Source: a virus (lineage: Duplodnaviria > Caudoviricetes). From it: 64,000 bases of DNA. The notes beneath the pieces are model-generated. The model saw nothing but the letters and a program-made list of their open reading frames with translations, was not told the DNA's origin and ran no database searches. Location of the stretch: positions 3,513 to 67,512 of IMG/VR virus record IMGVR_UViG_3300024246_000001; one strand, written 5' to 3'. This document shows positions 30,714 to 40,976 of this stretch, piece after piece. Within the stretch, counting starts at the first letter, position 1. Every line of letters begins with the position of its first letter. Both the position numbers and the translations under genes were made by a program.

Positions 30714-33700
30714 TAGATTTTGGCCCCACTCTCAAAATGCAAGTCGCCGAGTAAATTAGCGTTCTGCCACGGCGTGCCGATCGCCTTGCCGTCGAGTGCC
30801 ACATGATAGGCACCCCACCCTTTCATCTCAATCATGAATTCCTTCTTGAACAAGGCCACCCGCCCGGCCGTAGTGGCACACCGCAGCCGAGGCTGGATCA
30901 CCTTGAACTTCATGACCGAGCACCGGAACCGCAACGCCTTGCGCTGCCCGGCCGTGTTGGTCACCGCGTCGTAGAACACGGCCGCGTGCGCGAAGGTGCC
31001 GGCGCCGTCGAGGTCGAACTCAAGCACCAAATTGTCAGTCGAGCGCACGGTGATCTGGCCGTCACCGAGATATTTGTAGCCATCTATGCCGCCGTCCGTT
31101 TGCTGGCTCCACCACATATAGGCCAACTCAGGCTCGGGCTCACTGACATACTCCGTCTTCCACACCCGGCAGGCCGCGCTGGGCTCGCTCCGGATGAGGT
31201 GTGTGATGAAAGGTACGTCGAACGAGTACGCCTTAATTGCCCGGCCATTCGCCAGCACCGGGCCACTGTGCGCACCGGCTTGGATTGTGGTCTGTACGAC
31301 CTCCTCGTCCACGCGGATGAGCATGTTGACGGGCACGTTCGCCGTGTCGATCTCATACCTCACGCCCTGCACGAACCGGGCTTCCCCGAAGTCCGTCCAT
31401 TGGGCGATCTCGGTGCTTAGTGGCGGCGCGGGCTCGGCATCCAGCCTGTACCCCTCGAAGTCCCAAGCCGCAGCGTCGGTGGGTCGCAGCCTAGACCCGG
31501 TGATATACAGCCCGTCAGGGATTGGGTAATATACCTCGGTGAGTGCGGCGTGGTTGATGGACGCAATAGCGAATGTGGTGGTGGTGCCAACGTCCGTAGT
31601 GAAGTCCAACGTAGCTGCCCGCGCCACGCCGTAAGTGTCCGCATAAATCCACAATCCTCTGCAAAACTTGGCACCACCACCGCCTACCAGATGGTAGTCG
31701 TGCGCACGCAAGAGGGTGGTCTCGGGCCGGGGCTCCCACGAGGGTTGCCACAGATAGAGAATTGGCCGCAGGGTGGTGACCGAACTCGTGATCCGCAAAG
31801 CCACGTTCCTTGCCCGGCGTCCACTCCCAGCAGGGCTGCCGATGTCGAGCCGCTTCTGCCGCCGACCGGCCGCGTCGGACAGGGCGAACGGGCCGTCCGG
31901 GGTCAGACTGAAGTTGTCGTTGCCCGGCGTCACGTTGATGGTGGCCCCACCGGTGTCATAGTCGAGTAGGTAGTCGCCGACGTACTTGCTGACCACCGCA
32001 TCTCCGCCGTCCTCGGACCTCACCTGCAAGGTGGCCACGATCGCGGCCCCGGCGGCGTCGGCGGCGTTGCGCGCCAGCCTGTAGACCTTGCCGTCTACCC
32101 CGCCTAGGAGCACGCTTGTCACCTTGCGCCCCTCCTCGGCATAGTGGATTTGCGCCCCCACCGAATAGAGGTATGGCCGCCACCCGGCCTGCCCCGCGGC
32201 ATTGGCCCGCCGCACCAGTGTCCTGCGCGCCCCATTCGTGTCGAGGTAGTCGAACATGAGTTCACCACGGATGTTGGACAGGCGCAGGTTGGTCTCGTTT
32301 GACAAATCAGGCGGGAACAGGCCATTCGCTGCCACGCCCGCCGATCCCTCGTGTGGGAAGATCGTGCGCAAGTCCTCCGAGAGCACCTGCACCTGCCCGC
32401 CGGAGGTCAAGTGGATGCCGGTCCTGCCCATGAACGCCGCAGCAGGCCCCGTGTCGCACATCGCGAACCTATAAGGCATGCCCACAGCCCCGATGCGCCG
32501 CCACGCGAACAGGGCGCCTCCCGAGTCCGCTGTGGTGAATGCTGGGTCGATGGCGAATGCATATTCGGTGCTCCAGACGAACATGCGCCCGTCCGTGGTG
32601 ACCAGCATGTTCTGCAAGGTCTCCGACTCGATGTCGATCCAGTTCACGTCGCTCGTCGTGTCCGGGTCGTTCCCGTTCGTGTAGTAGAGCCGCCACGGGT
32701 TGGCCGAGTCGCCGAGGCCGAAGTAGAACCCGTGGAATGGCCCGGCGAAGATAGGCAGGCGCTGGTTCTCCAAGAGTGGCGCCGGGATCTCCCACGTGAC
32801 GCCAGCGCCGGTGTTGCCCATCGACTCAATGGTCTCAAAACCAAAGCCGTTGATGGGACGGTAGATCGTGTAGTCGAGGCCCGCGACCTTAACCGCAGTG
32901 CCCGGGGCGATGCTCGGTGGGATAGCGCCAGACGCCAACGAGAACAAAGTACCGGTGCCAGAGCCGGTGCCACTGATCGGGGCGCCAATTGTTGGCCACA
33001 ATTGGTAGTGGATGTTGCCCTCGGTGAGCGTCTGCACGGCGGCGAGGTCGATCTCGGCGAATATGTCACCGAACCCAATCACGTTGCCGGCGCCGGGGTT
33101 GACGGTAGACCCCATGATGGACCACCCAAGCAATTCGCCGCCGAATGTGGCGAAGTCGAGCTTGTCCACTTCAGCCGCCCCGGTTCCAGCCCCGACGACC
33201 AGGACTTGCTGGCGCTGCGGGCGCACCCCACCGCGGGACGCCGGGCTCCAGTTACTCACCACACCTGTGGAACTGTCACGATAGCGGTAACGGTAGATCC
33301 GCGGCATGCCCGCCGGGCTGACATCCGGGCCAAATCCCCCCGAGACGGTGAGACTGTCGACTTGGACAGTCACGGCGCCTGTGGCGACGACCTCAACCTT
33401 GAGCGCAGCCACATTCGCCAAACCCCGGGAGAAGTCCGATCCCACGCGCCCCACACCCGGGGTGAGGAGCTCACTGATCCGGAAACTAACCTCCGCGTAG
33501 GAACTCTGCCCCGAACTGCCTTGGTCCTGGCTGTTGCCGGGGTTCGGCCCGACGAGGCTGGGGCCGGGGCCTAGTGGTGTGAGCCTGCGATCCCCCGCAG
33601 CCGTGCGGTCTATGTTCGTGAGGTTGCCCGACATGTCGACGCTGTTGCGTGCGGCCTGCTCACCCGCCGCCTGCGCCCGCTGGTCGTCGATGATGGTGCG

Positions 33701-35074
33701 CTGGGCTTGGACGGCCGCATTGTCAAGGGCGGTCTGCGTACCCTTGGTGACCGGCACGAGGTCATTCTGGCGGATCGAGTGGAGTAGGTAGTTCTTAGTG
33801 TGATCAGTCGCCGCGAACACGTTATTGGTACCCGAATCAATGTCGAAGTAGAGCTTGACCTCGGTGATCAGTTCGGGCTTGTCGGCGAACAGGGAGATGT
33901 GCACGATGTCATCTGGTTTGGTGGCCACACCAGCCGCAATTGATGACATATCAATAGGGGTGGCCGCACCCACGTTGCGCGTGATAGAGCCGGTACCTGC
34001 CGCCACAGTGAATTGGAGGGAGGTGGCCGTAAGTGGGTCGGTAGCCACGTGTGTGCCAGAGAAATAGGCGCGAAAACTGGCCACCACCTGCGCCGGGTCT
34101 CCGGCTGCTATCGTGCCACTGACCGGCGTGCACAAGAACGAGGTGAACCCGACCTTAGTGCGCTCCACGGCTAGCACGCGCACGTATTCAGGTCCGCCAT
34201 GGGCACCAGCGGCATTGAGCAGGACCATGCCGTCCACGTCGATCTGGTCGATGGGCGTGGTGAGGTGAATCCACGCGTAGGCGCCGTCGTACTTGATGCC
34301 CGCAATTGTGGTGGCAGCAGAACCCTGATAGACGCCCTGCACACGGAATGTTTCCGGGTTCGCGCCGGTGACGCCGAGTTCCATACCCGCGCCGATGTCG
34401 GCCATAGATGATGGGCGCACGTTGGCCCAGCCGGTGTGGGTGAGCAAATCTTCATAGAGGATGGCGGTGATGGTACGCGTGGCCACGTTGACGCGGGGGA
34501 CTGCGGCCAAGGCTGCTGCGGTGCCACCCACCAACCAATTCGCGGCTACTAGCATCGGGTCGATGATCTTCGCGGCGGGCTGGGCGGCGAGGGATGCTGT
34601 GGGGAATAATGCCGGGCGCGCGAGGCCCACCTGCTTGAGGTTCCCGGCCACGTCCACCTTCTGCATCTTGAGCCGGTCGCACAGGTAGCACCACGGTTTG
34701 ACCGACTCAGTGGGCTGGTGGACAGCCATGGAGAGGGGGTCGCCGGACCACCCGGAGCCTAGGTCCACAGGCGTGGTGAGGGCGACATCCACGATAGCCG
34801 CGTGCGTGCCAGTGCCCGCGATGATGGCCTCCACCAAAGAGCCGGTGGAAGTGTCCTGCATGCGCTTGAGCGAGTGAACCGGGGACTGGCCTGCCACGAG
34901 GGTGATCCCGTTGCCTTGGCCCGGCCGGATGGTGAGCGCGTTGTCGATCTCCGGGCGCCAGTTCTCCATGAACACGGCAAACCCGTCGCGCACCCGGTCC
35001 ACGGGCGCATTGAGGTCGACGCCGATGTGGTCGAACAGGTATTGCTTGCGCTCGAATTGGGGGTCGTTGGGCAT
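30713..35074 (-). CDS. tail nozzle/tail tubular protein B-like (P22 gp10/T7 gp12 position), about 1450 aa
   Basis: TAATG-coupled start MPNDPQFERK; beta-propeller-like LYYT.G.DPD motif; position. The ORF-track extension to 35677 is a shadow frame. Confidence 0.7.
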   Translation of the reverse strand: MPNDPQFERKQYLFDHIGVDLNAPVDRVRDGFAVFMENWRPEIDNALTIRPGQGNGITLVAGQSPVHSLKRMQDTSTGSLVEAIIAGTGTHAAIVDVALTTPVDLGSGWSGDPLSMAVHQPTESVKPWCYLCDRLKMQKVDVAGNLKQVGLARPALFPTASLAAQPAAKIIDPMLVAANWLVGGTAAALAAVPRVNVATRTITAILYEDLLTHTGWANVRPSSMADIGAGMELGVTGANPETFRVQGVYQGSAATTIAGIKYDGAYAWIHLTTPIDQIDVDGMVLLNAAGAHGGPEYVRVLAVERTKVGFTSFLCTPVSGTIAAGDPAQVVASFRAYFSGTHVATDPLTATSLQFTVAAGTGSITRNVGAATPIDMSSIAAGVATKPDDIVHISLFADKPELITEVKLYFDIDSGTNNVFAATDHTKNYLLHSIRQNDLVPVTKGTQTALDNAAVQAQRTIIDDQRAQAAGEQAARNSVDMSGNLTNIDRTAAGDRRLTPLGPGPSLVGPNPGNSQDQGSSGQSSYAEVSFRISELLTPGVGRVGSDFSRGLANVAALKVEVVATGAVTVQVDSLTVSGGFGPDVSPAGMPRIYRYRYRDSSTGVVSNWSPASRGGVRPQRQQVLVVGAGTGAAEVDKLDFATFGGELLGWSIMGSTVNPGAGNVIGFGDIFAEIDLAAVQTLTEGNIHYQLWPTIGAPISGTGSGTGTLFSLASGAIPPSIAPGTAVKVAGLDYTIYRPINGFGFETIESMGNTGAGVTWEIPAPLLENQRLPIFAGPFHGFYFGLGDSANPWRLYYTNGNDPDTTSDVNWIDIESETLQNMLVTTDGRMFVWSTEYAFAIDPAFTTADSGGALFAWRRIGAVGMPYRFAMCDTGPAAAFMGRTGIHLTSGGQVQVLSEDLRTIFPHEGSAGVAANGLFPPDLSNETNLRLSNIRGELMFDYLDTNGARRTLVRRANAAGQAGWRPYLYSVGAQIHYAEEGRKVTSVLLGGVDGKVYRLARNAADAAGAAIVATLQVRSEDGGDAVVSKYVGDYLLDYDTGGATINVTPGNDNFSLTPDGPFALSDAAGRRQKRLDIGSPAGSGRRARNVALRITSSVTTLRPILYLWQPSWEPRPETTLLRAHDYHLVGGGGAKFCRGLWIYADTYGVARAATLDFTTDVGTTTTFAIASINHAALTEVYYPIPDGLYITGSRLRPTDAAAWDFEGYRLDAEPAPPLSTEIAQWTDFGEARFVQGVRYEIDTANVPVNMLIRVDEEVVQTTIQAGAHSGPVLANGRAIKAYSFDVPFITHLIRSEPSAACRVWKTEYVSEPEPELAYMWWSQQTDGGIDGYKYLGDGQITVRSTDNLVLEFDLDGAGTFAHAAVFYDAVTNTAGQRKALRFRCSVMKFKVIQPRLRCATTAGRVALFKKEFMIEMKGWGAYHVALDGKAIGTPWQNANLLGDLHFESGAKI

Positions 35075-36450
35075 TATTGTTGCGCCTCCACGCCCTTCTT
35101 CGCCGGCGGCTCGTCGCGCCGCGGCTTGGCCTTCTCTTGCGCTTGGGTGAAGATGCGCTGATCGTCCTCGAACACGCTGATCGCCGACAAGCGCTGGTTG
35201 CGGGCTTGCGCCGCCGCGAAGAACGCCTGCGCCCCGGGCTGCGTGGCTGCCCATTCCCGCCCGGCGATCTTGAACATCAAGAGGTGCTCGACGAATCCTA
35301 TGAACAGGTCCATATATTCGCGTGGGACTTGGATGAACGCGCCAGGCGCTGCGGGGATAGGCGCGTTGGTGGAGATGGTCACTGTCAAAGCCGCGTCGGC
35401 GGTGGGCGGGAATGCCACAGCCACCAGATTGATCCCCACCGGCGCCACGAACTGCGGCACGCCGGGCCTGTTCTGCCAGTACTGCATGGTCGGCCCAGCG
35501 TCGAGCGACACTAAGGAGGAGAACTGGACCACCTTGTCGTTGAACCGGGCGTCGATCAACACCGCAGCGGTCTTGGCGGCTTGCACGCCCAACTGGTACA
35601 TCGACTCGCAGTGCCCTGCGCGGGCGAAGTCGCGGCCGGGGCCATCGGCGTTCATGAGGTCCGCCAGCGCCCCCCACCGGATGAACGGGGTGAAATCGTC
35701 CGGCACCCCGAGCAGCACGCCCACTGTCGGGTCGAGCGCGGCGCCTGTGTCGACAGTAAGGAGGTCAAGTGTGCCTATGTCAGAGTTCGGTGGCCCCAAT
35801 TGCAGGATCGACGGGGCGTATTGGTTGTAGGCGTAGGTGCGCGGCAGGCCGGGCTCCAAGTTCCACGCCGCCGACTTGCCCCGCAAGGACCAGTTCGAGG
35901 CCGCCCACAACGGGACAGTTTTACCGTCCGGGGTGGTCCACGCAGCGCGCCGGATATCGATTATTTGCTGGTTGATCGGCACCTGACCTCCCGCCGCTGG
36001 GTCGATCACGCCGGGTGCGGCGGGGATGGGCTGGTGGCGCGTGATCCGGCAACCTGTTTCGAGTAGGAACTGGTCGCGCCGGCGCTGGAGGGCCTGCACC
36101 ACCACTGGCATGGAGAACTGCGCACTGCCGGTCCACACGGTGGGGCTCTTGGGCTCCAAGAGGGAGTATTGGATGGACCCGACCAATTCCTGGTCCAACA
36201 CGGTGTAGCCGCGCAAGGCGGGGAAGAGGGTCGGCAGGTCGGCGAACGCGGTGCCAGCGGGCACGGTGGCGGTCTGGGTGTCCTGCCACAAGCCGGTCAA
36301 GGCACTGAAGGTGCGCAGGGCTTCAATGAGGGCTACGTCGATCTCGTCGGCGCCAAACCTGACGAATGGCTGGCTCGCGGTCTCGGCGAGGCGCAGGGCC
36401 ATGATGGCCTCGAACTGCGCGCGGGTGGTGTGCGTGTACGTGTTGGCCAT
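35074..36450 (-). CDS. head-tail connector/tail tubular protein A-like
   Basis: Helical N-terminus, PRTYAY, FIRWGALADL motifs; position. Confidence 0.6.
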   Translation of the reverse strand: MANTYTHTTRAQFEAIMALRLAETASQPFVRFGADEIDVALIEALRTFSALTGLWQDTQTATVPAGTAFADLPTLFPALRGYTVLDQELVGSIQYSLLEPKSPTVWTGSAQFSMPVVVQALQRRRDQFLLETGCRITRHQPIPAAPGVIDPAAGGQVPINQQIIDIRRAAWTTPDGKTVPLWAASNWSLRGKSAAWNLEPGLPRTYAYNQYAPSILQLGPPNSDIGTLDLLTVDTGAALDPTVGVLLGVPDDFTPFIRWGALADLMNADGPGRDFARAGHCESMYQLGVQAAKTAAVLIDARFNDKVVQFSSLVSLDAGPTMQYWQNRPGVPQFVAPVGINLVAVAFPPTADAALTVTISTNAPIPAAPGAFIQVPREYMDLFIGFVEHLLMFKIAGREWAATQPGAQAFFAAAQARNQRLSAISVFEDDQRIFTQAQEKAKPRRDEPPAKKGVEAQQ

Positions 36451-36459
36451 CGCATACCT

Positions 36460-36849
36460 TCAGATCCAAGCGCCCCCCTCGGGCAGGCCGGCGTCGTCGG
36501 GGATGATCGTGCGGAACCCCGGAGGGAGGGCGCGGCCGCGCGAGGCGTAGAGGGTACGCAGCCTGCCACGCCGAGTGTTCTCTTCAGGCGTGACCACTTC
36601 GAGGTGGCGCACGCATCGGCGGCGCGAGCACAGGTGGTCCGGCACCATGCCGGGTGGGATCTTGCCCACCAGTGATTCGTAGGCGAACCGGTGGGCTCGG
36701 ATCTCCAAACCATCGATGAAAAAGCGCCCGTAATCGTCCTCACGCATCGGGCCATTCCAGAGCCAGCAAGTAATGGCCGGGTCAGGGTGGTCGATGACGT
36801 GGGACCAGAACAGACGCTCGATCTCGGCCTCAAGTAGTGCAGCGGGCAT
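36460..36849 (-). CDS. HNH homing endonuclease
   Basis: CWLWNG...YGRF...AHRFAYE...PDHLC.RRRCVR.HLEVVT.EEN..RG. Confidence 0.85.
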   Translation of the reverse strand: MPAALLEAEIERLFWSHVIDHPDPAITCWLWNGPMREDDYGRFFIDGLEIRAHRFAYESLVGKIPPGMVPDHLCSRRRCVRHLEVVTPEENTRRGRLRTLYASRGRALPPGFRTIIPDDAGLPEGGAWI

Positions 36850-36856
36850 GCAAACC

Positions 36857-37177
36857 CTAATAGCTCCCGCTCGGCTTCGGCACGTCGCCCAGCCCACCAG
36901 CTAACTGGTTACCAAGGTCGGCGACCGGTGTCTCGGGGGCCTCGAACAGGCTCACGCCGGGCGAGTTGCCGGGCGAGTGGTCCGCGCTCATCCCCTCGTA
37001 CGCCTCGGCGGGTTTGGTCCCGGTCGGCGAGTCGCCCGACTTGTCGGTCATCGAGATATCCGGGTGGATGCTCGGCTGGCCGGGATTCGAGAATGCGCCC
37101 GGCGAGGGCAGGTCGGCGAGTCCTGATGCAGGCGAGAACATGAAATCCCCGCCTGTGTTGCGATTCGGGTTGGCCAC
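36857..37177 (-). CDS. hypothetical structural-region protein
   Basis: RBS AAGGAGG; Pro/Gly/Ser-rich. Confidence 0.55.
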   Translation of the reverse strand: MANPNRNTGGDFMFSPASGLADLPSPGAFSNPGQPSIHPDISMTDKSGDSPTGTKPAEAYEGMSADHSPGNSPGVSLFEAPETPVADLGNQLAGGLGDVPKPSGSY

Positions 37178-37189
37178 TTGAGCCTCCTT

Positions 37190-38407
37190 CTAAAAACTGT
37201 CTACGTACGCTAATCCGAGGTCGTGGTTGACCATGAAGTCCCCATCATACACCGGCAGTTCGTTCCAGTCGTGGTAGGTGAGGTCGGTGGACTCGCGGGA
37301 CTGGTCGGCGCGCATCATGTCGAGCAGCAAATCATTCGCTTTGGACATGTGCCAACCGGCCAACTTGAGGTCGTAATACCCGTTGTCCGGGTTTTTCCAT
37401 GAGGCGATGTCGGCGAGCACCATTTCCATGAGGAGGTCCCCACGCACAAACCGCGGCAATTGCGCCCCGAGGTCGGTGAGGTCGAGCAGGTTGGCTAGGT
37501 ATAAGTAGGGGCGCGTCTCGTCGGCCTTGATGTGGGGCCACGCCTCGTAGCGCGGGTTGCCCGGGGCGTCGGACGCCTGGCACGAGATGCTGAACACGTC
37601 GCCGACCGAATAGGCCACCGGCGGGAAAGCGACCGCCACGCCATCCTGGAGGATCTGGGCGTTGCCGGCCGGGTCCATCGCCACGCCGACGATCGCCACA
37701 CCGCCGTCCTTTTTCCACTTGAAGGTGGCCGCACCTGTGATCTCGATGGTGAAGAGGGCATTGGCGACTCCGGTGTAGGTGCCCCCGCTTACAGGCGCGT
37801 TGCCGGTGCCACGGGCTTGGATCACGCCCCCCACGATGCCGCGCCTGTCGCCCGAGTAATCCTTGAGCACGACCCAATACGCCGTGTTGCCCGCATAGGC
37901 CCGGCGCGCGTCGATGCGGTCAAGCTCGTCGGCGGCGTGCGACCAGTGGTCGAGCTGGTAGCCGCGCGTGAGGTCGACGATCGTCAGGAAGCTCTCGAAA
38001 TCGTCCGGCACCGTGACATAGGCTTGGTATATCTCGAACCCCTTTGCGGTCTGGTCGATAGCGCTCCACGACCGGTCGAGCGTCGCGTGTGTGGTGTCCA
38101 ACATCCCTGTGAGAGTGCGGATGGGCGTATCGTTGCCCGCTATGCGCACCTGCCTGCCCAATAGCGCTGGTGTCATGATGGGGGAACTGAATGTAACCAG
38201 ATTTTGGCCACGCAGCACTGTCGCGGTGCCGGTCGTGATTGGAGCATAGAAGAACATATCGCCCTGTCGACGCCGCCATGTCCAAGGGATGCGAGCCTGC
38301 ACGTCGCGGTATTTGTTGACCACCGCGTCTTGGAGCATGAAGTAGTCGGGGAGCGTTCCAACACGCTGCTGGACCTTCGAGATCACCGAACCCAAAGTGT
38401 CAGACAT
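37190..38407 (-). CDS. head-tail adaptor-like protein with beta-rich insertion
   Basis: W.W-containing helical N-terminus, GTATV beta repeats, acidic C-terminus; position after capsid genes. Confidence 0.6.
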   Translation of the reverse strand: MSDTLGSVISKVQQRVGTLPDYFMLQDAVVNKYRDVQARIPWTWRRRQGDMFFYAPITTGTATVLRGQNLVTFSSPIMTPALLGRQVRIAGNDTPIRTLTGMLDTTHATLDRSWSAIDQTAKGFEIYQAYVTVPDDFESFLTIVDLTRGYQLDHWSHAADELDRIDARRAYAGNTAYWVVLKDYSGDRRGIVGGVIQARGTGNAPVSGGTYTGVANALFTIEITGAATFKWKKDGGVAIVGVAMDPAGNAQILQDGVAVAFPPVAYSVGDVFSISCQASDAPGNPRYEAWPHIKADETRPYLYLANLLDLTDLGAQLPRFVRGDLLMEMVLADIASWKNPDNGYYDLKLAGWHMSKANDLLLDMMRADQSRESTDLTYHDWNELPVYDGDFMVNHDLGLAYVDSF

Positions 38408-38433
38408 GCTAGATGCGCCCCCCGGCCACAAAA

Positions 38434-38700
38434 TTAGCCGTTGCGGTACTTGACGAGTAGACCCGTCGCGGTGAATGCCCCACCGGCAGCGGCGAAGGTC
38501 AACCTGATTTGGCCATTGACCGTTGACTGGGTGACCGCCGTGATGGTGGATGGCTCCACAAACACCTCAATTGACCTGACAGGCTTGATCCCGGTGTCGA
38601 GCGTGTTGGTGTCGAGGCCCGTGATCTTCCACATCTTCTCAGTGAGTGCTCCGGCAGCGTTAGCTTTGTAGGAGCGGGGAACTACGGTGACTGCGGCCAT
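38434..38700 (-). CDS. small virion protein
   Basis: beta-rich; RBS GGAG. Confidence 0.55.
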   Translation of the reverse strand: MAAVTVVPRSYKANAAGALTEKMWKITGLDTNTLDTGIKPVRSIEVFVEPSTITAVTQSTVNGQIRLTFAAAGGAFTATGLLVKYRNG

Positions 38701-38784
38701 GGGTGAGGCTCCTTATGACTGCTGCGGTGTGCACGCCGGGCCAACCCAAGGGCATGCGCCCCGCTGGCCCGGCGTGCGGGTGGA

Positions 38785-39219
38785 TTAGAGGAATGACGAC
38801 GCAGGCTTCGGCGCCGCCGGGTTGCTTGCGGACGTATCCACTTGCCCGGCGGTGGGCGGTGGTGGCGGCAACTCCTGCTTGGCCGGTGCCGGTTCGAGAG
38901 CCCGACGCTCCGGTGCGGTAGCGGTGATGACGATATGCGCCACCCCGCCCGCGCTGACGATGACCGTCTCGACCGTCTTCTTGCCGGTGCCGCGGTCCTC
39001 ACAGGTGACGGTGGCCGTGCCGGGCGCTACCCCGACCACGATGCAGGTGCGCTCGTCCTCGGCGGGGAAGAGGGCCACAATAGCGCCCTTGCTGTCTTCG
39101 GTCCACCGGGGCTGCGGCGCGAGGGGGTTGGTGAGGTCGGGTTCGATGACGCCGCCGTTGGCGTCCTTGAAGATGCCAGTCAGAGTGGATTGCTGGTCAG
39201 TGGTGAGTGAGAGTGTCAT
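38785..39219 (-). CDS. Ig-like (Big_2-like) virion protein
   Basis: W..DS...V.L......CIVVGVAPGTATVT pattern. Confidence 0.55.
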   Translation of the reverse strand: MTLSLTTDQQSTLTGIFKDANGGVIEPDLTNPLAPQPRWTEDSKGAIVALFPAEDERTCIVVGVAPGTATVTCEDRGTGKKTVETVIVSAGGVAHIVITATAPERRALEPAPAKQELPPPPPTAGQVDTSASNPAAPKPASSFL

Positions 39220-39245
39220 GGCGTAATTGATGTCCTTTCTCTTCC

Positions 39246-39803
39246 CTAGAAGCTGCGGGAATCGATGTCAAGGTCGACGACCACAGTGCCGGCGCCGCCC
39301 GAGCGGTCGACAGGCGTGTGGACGGTGCCCAGCCGCTGCGCGGGCGGGGCGGTGAGTGCGGCGGTGCCGGTCACGATCCCTACCGTGGCGATCGGCGTGA
39401 TCACCATGCCGGCGAGGAAGTTGACGTTGGTGCCGTTCATGACGATCGCGGGACCGCCCTGCAAAGCCCAGAAGTGCTGGTTGGCCACTGGTAGGGTCTG
39501 GCCGACCGCGAAGACGCCGGCGACACTGTTGGCGGTGGCCTCGGAGTCGGTGTAGTCGGTGTCGACCACGAACCCATGCGCCGCGGCCCAGTAGAACACG
39601 TTGCTGGCCACGGCGGCCTGCGTGAGAGTTCCGGCCGCCTTGACGCGCTGCCACGTGCGGCCGTCGGGGCCTCGGTAGATGTGGCCGAGCTCCCCCACGC
39701 GCGGTATTGGCCCGCCGAAGCCGGTGGGAATCGTGTCGGTTGATAGTTTGGGCTCGCCGCCTGAGAAATAGACTTGCGTGTCAATGAACATTGGCTGTGC
39801 CAT
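39246..39803 (-). CDS. capsid decoration/cement protein
   Basis: Directly after the MCP; G.....GPDGRTWQRVK...GVF...FW...GGPA pattern. Confidence 0.65.
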   Translation of the reverse strand: MAQPMFIDTQVYFSGGEPKLSTDTIPTGFGGPIPRVGELGHIYRGPDGRTWQRVKAAGTLTQAAVASNVFYWAAAHGFVVDTDYTDSEATANSVAGVFAVGQTLPVANQHFWALQGGPAIVMNGTNVNFLAGMVITPIATVGIVTGTAALTAPPAQRLGTVHTPVDRSGGAGTVVVDLDIDSRSF

Positions 39804-39821
39804 TGTGAGTGCCCTCCTTTC

Positions 39822-40919
39822 TTAGACGGCGTTGGCGATCTGTCCGTGGAAGGACGGGTTGTCGAGAGTGAACTGGCCGGCGTAGAGGATCTGGCCGGAA
39901 ATCTTGGTGTTCCGCGCGGTGAGCTTCCAGCCGGTGAAGCCAAACTGGTACTCCGGCGCGGTCGAGATGTGCATGTGGATGTTTGGCTTGCGCATATTCA
40001 GCAGGAACATGGTCTCGCCCGACACGGCGGGGTAGGTGGCCTGCACACCCTTTGAGGTCGCGTTGATGAATCGCGTGGCCACCCGGTTGGACTTCTTGGT
40101 GGTGGTAGCGATGTCTTGGCCGGGGCAGTAACGCGACTTGAGGAACGTGGTGTTCTCGATCGAGAAGCCCTTGAACCCGATCACGGGCGAGGCCTCGTTG
40201 AGGCGCTGCTGGACTTGGTAGCGCTTCTTGAACGAGTTGTAGAGCTTGGGCGTGCCAAGCAGCACGTTCACTTCGAGGTCGCCGTCGCCCCACGAGGTCT
40301 CCTGGATGGCGTCGGTCACGTCGTCGTACTCGATGGCGGCGCCTGCGAGGTTGACCACATACGGGGTGAGGGCGCCATTGTAGCTGGCCCGGGTGAGCCC
40401 GCCGTAAGTGGCGTAGGCCGTCGAGTCCCACCCGTTGGTGGTGCCGTCGTTGATTGACTCGGCGAATCCGGTGAGGAACTTGCCGAAGCCGGCCTTCGCG
40501 TTGGGCAGATACTGGTTGATCGCGAGGCCGCTGCCGATCGTGTTGTAGGCGTTGCGCAGCTTGGAGTCGATGTCGCGGTAGATCGCGTTGGGCCCCACGT
40601 TGTAGACCTTGAGCATTTCCATCGAGGTCGTGACGTTGACTTCGAGCTGGCGCGGGAACCACTGCAACTGGTCGTCCGTCTTCTGTTCGCTGAGGTCGAA
40701 GTCGTCGCCGATGTCATACGCCATCGCCAGCAGGGTGTCGAACGAGATGTTGCCAGCGATCACCCGGCCGCCTGGGAATGGCACCACGCACGTGCGCTTC
40801 TGCATGGCCATACCCGAGTCGGACTGGAAGATGCCGTCGATGAGAATTGGTGAGCGGCGGATGTGCCGCGTTGTGCTGACGTTGAGGGCGTCCAGCGGCC
40901 CGTCAAGTGCTCCGTTCAT
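39822..40919 (-). CDS. major capsid protein (HK97 fold, podovirus type)
   Basis: About 365 aa after the scaffold; YGGLTRASY, GF.GF......F, ILYAGQF.L.NP..HGQI; very high GC3. Confidence 0.8.
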   Translation of the reverse strand: MNGALDGPLDALNVSTTRHIRRSPILIDGIFQSDSGMAMQKRTCVVPFPGGRVIAGNISFDTLLAMAYDIGDDFDLSEQKTDDQLQWFPRQLEVNVTTSMEMLKVYNVGPNAIYRDIDSKLRNAYNTIGSGLAINQYLPNAKAGFGKFLTGFAESINDGTTNGWDSTAYATYGGLTRASYNGALTPYVVNLAGAAIEYDDVTDAIQETSWGDGDLEVNVLLGTPKLYNSFKKRYQVQQRLNEASPVIGFKGFSIENTTFLKSRYCPGQDIATTTKKSNRVATRFINATSKGVQATYPAVSGETMFLLNMRKPNIHMHISTAPEYQFGFTGWKLTARNTKISGQILYAGQFTLDNPSFHGQIANAV

Positions 40920-40976
40920 AGTGCTGCCCTCCCCTTCACACCCACCCACACACAAAACGTCGCGGTGCGGCGGGCT

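Noticed and set aside
35075-35677. N-terminal extension of the 1654-aa ORF
   Set aside because: Alternative frame of the 458-aa gene; TAATG coupling marks the start at 35074.
36460-36849. HNH endonuclease in the structural operon as a novelty
   Set aside because: Free-standing HNH genes are commonplace in phages.
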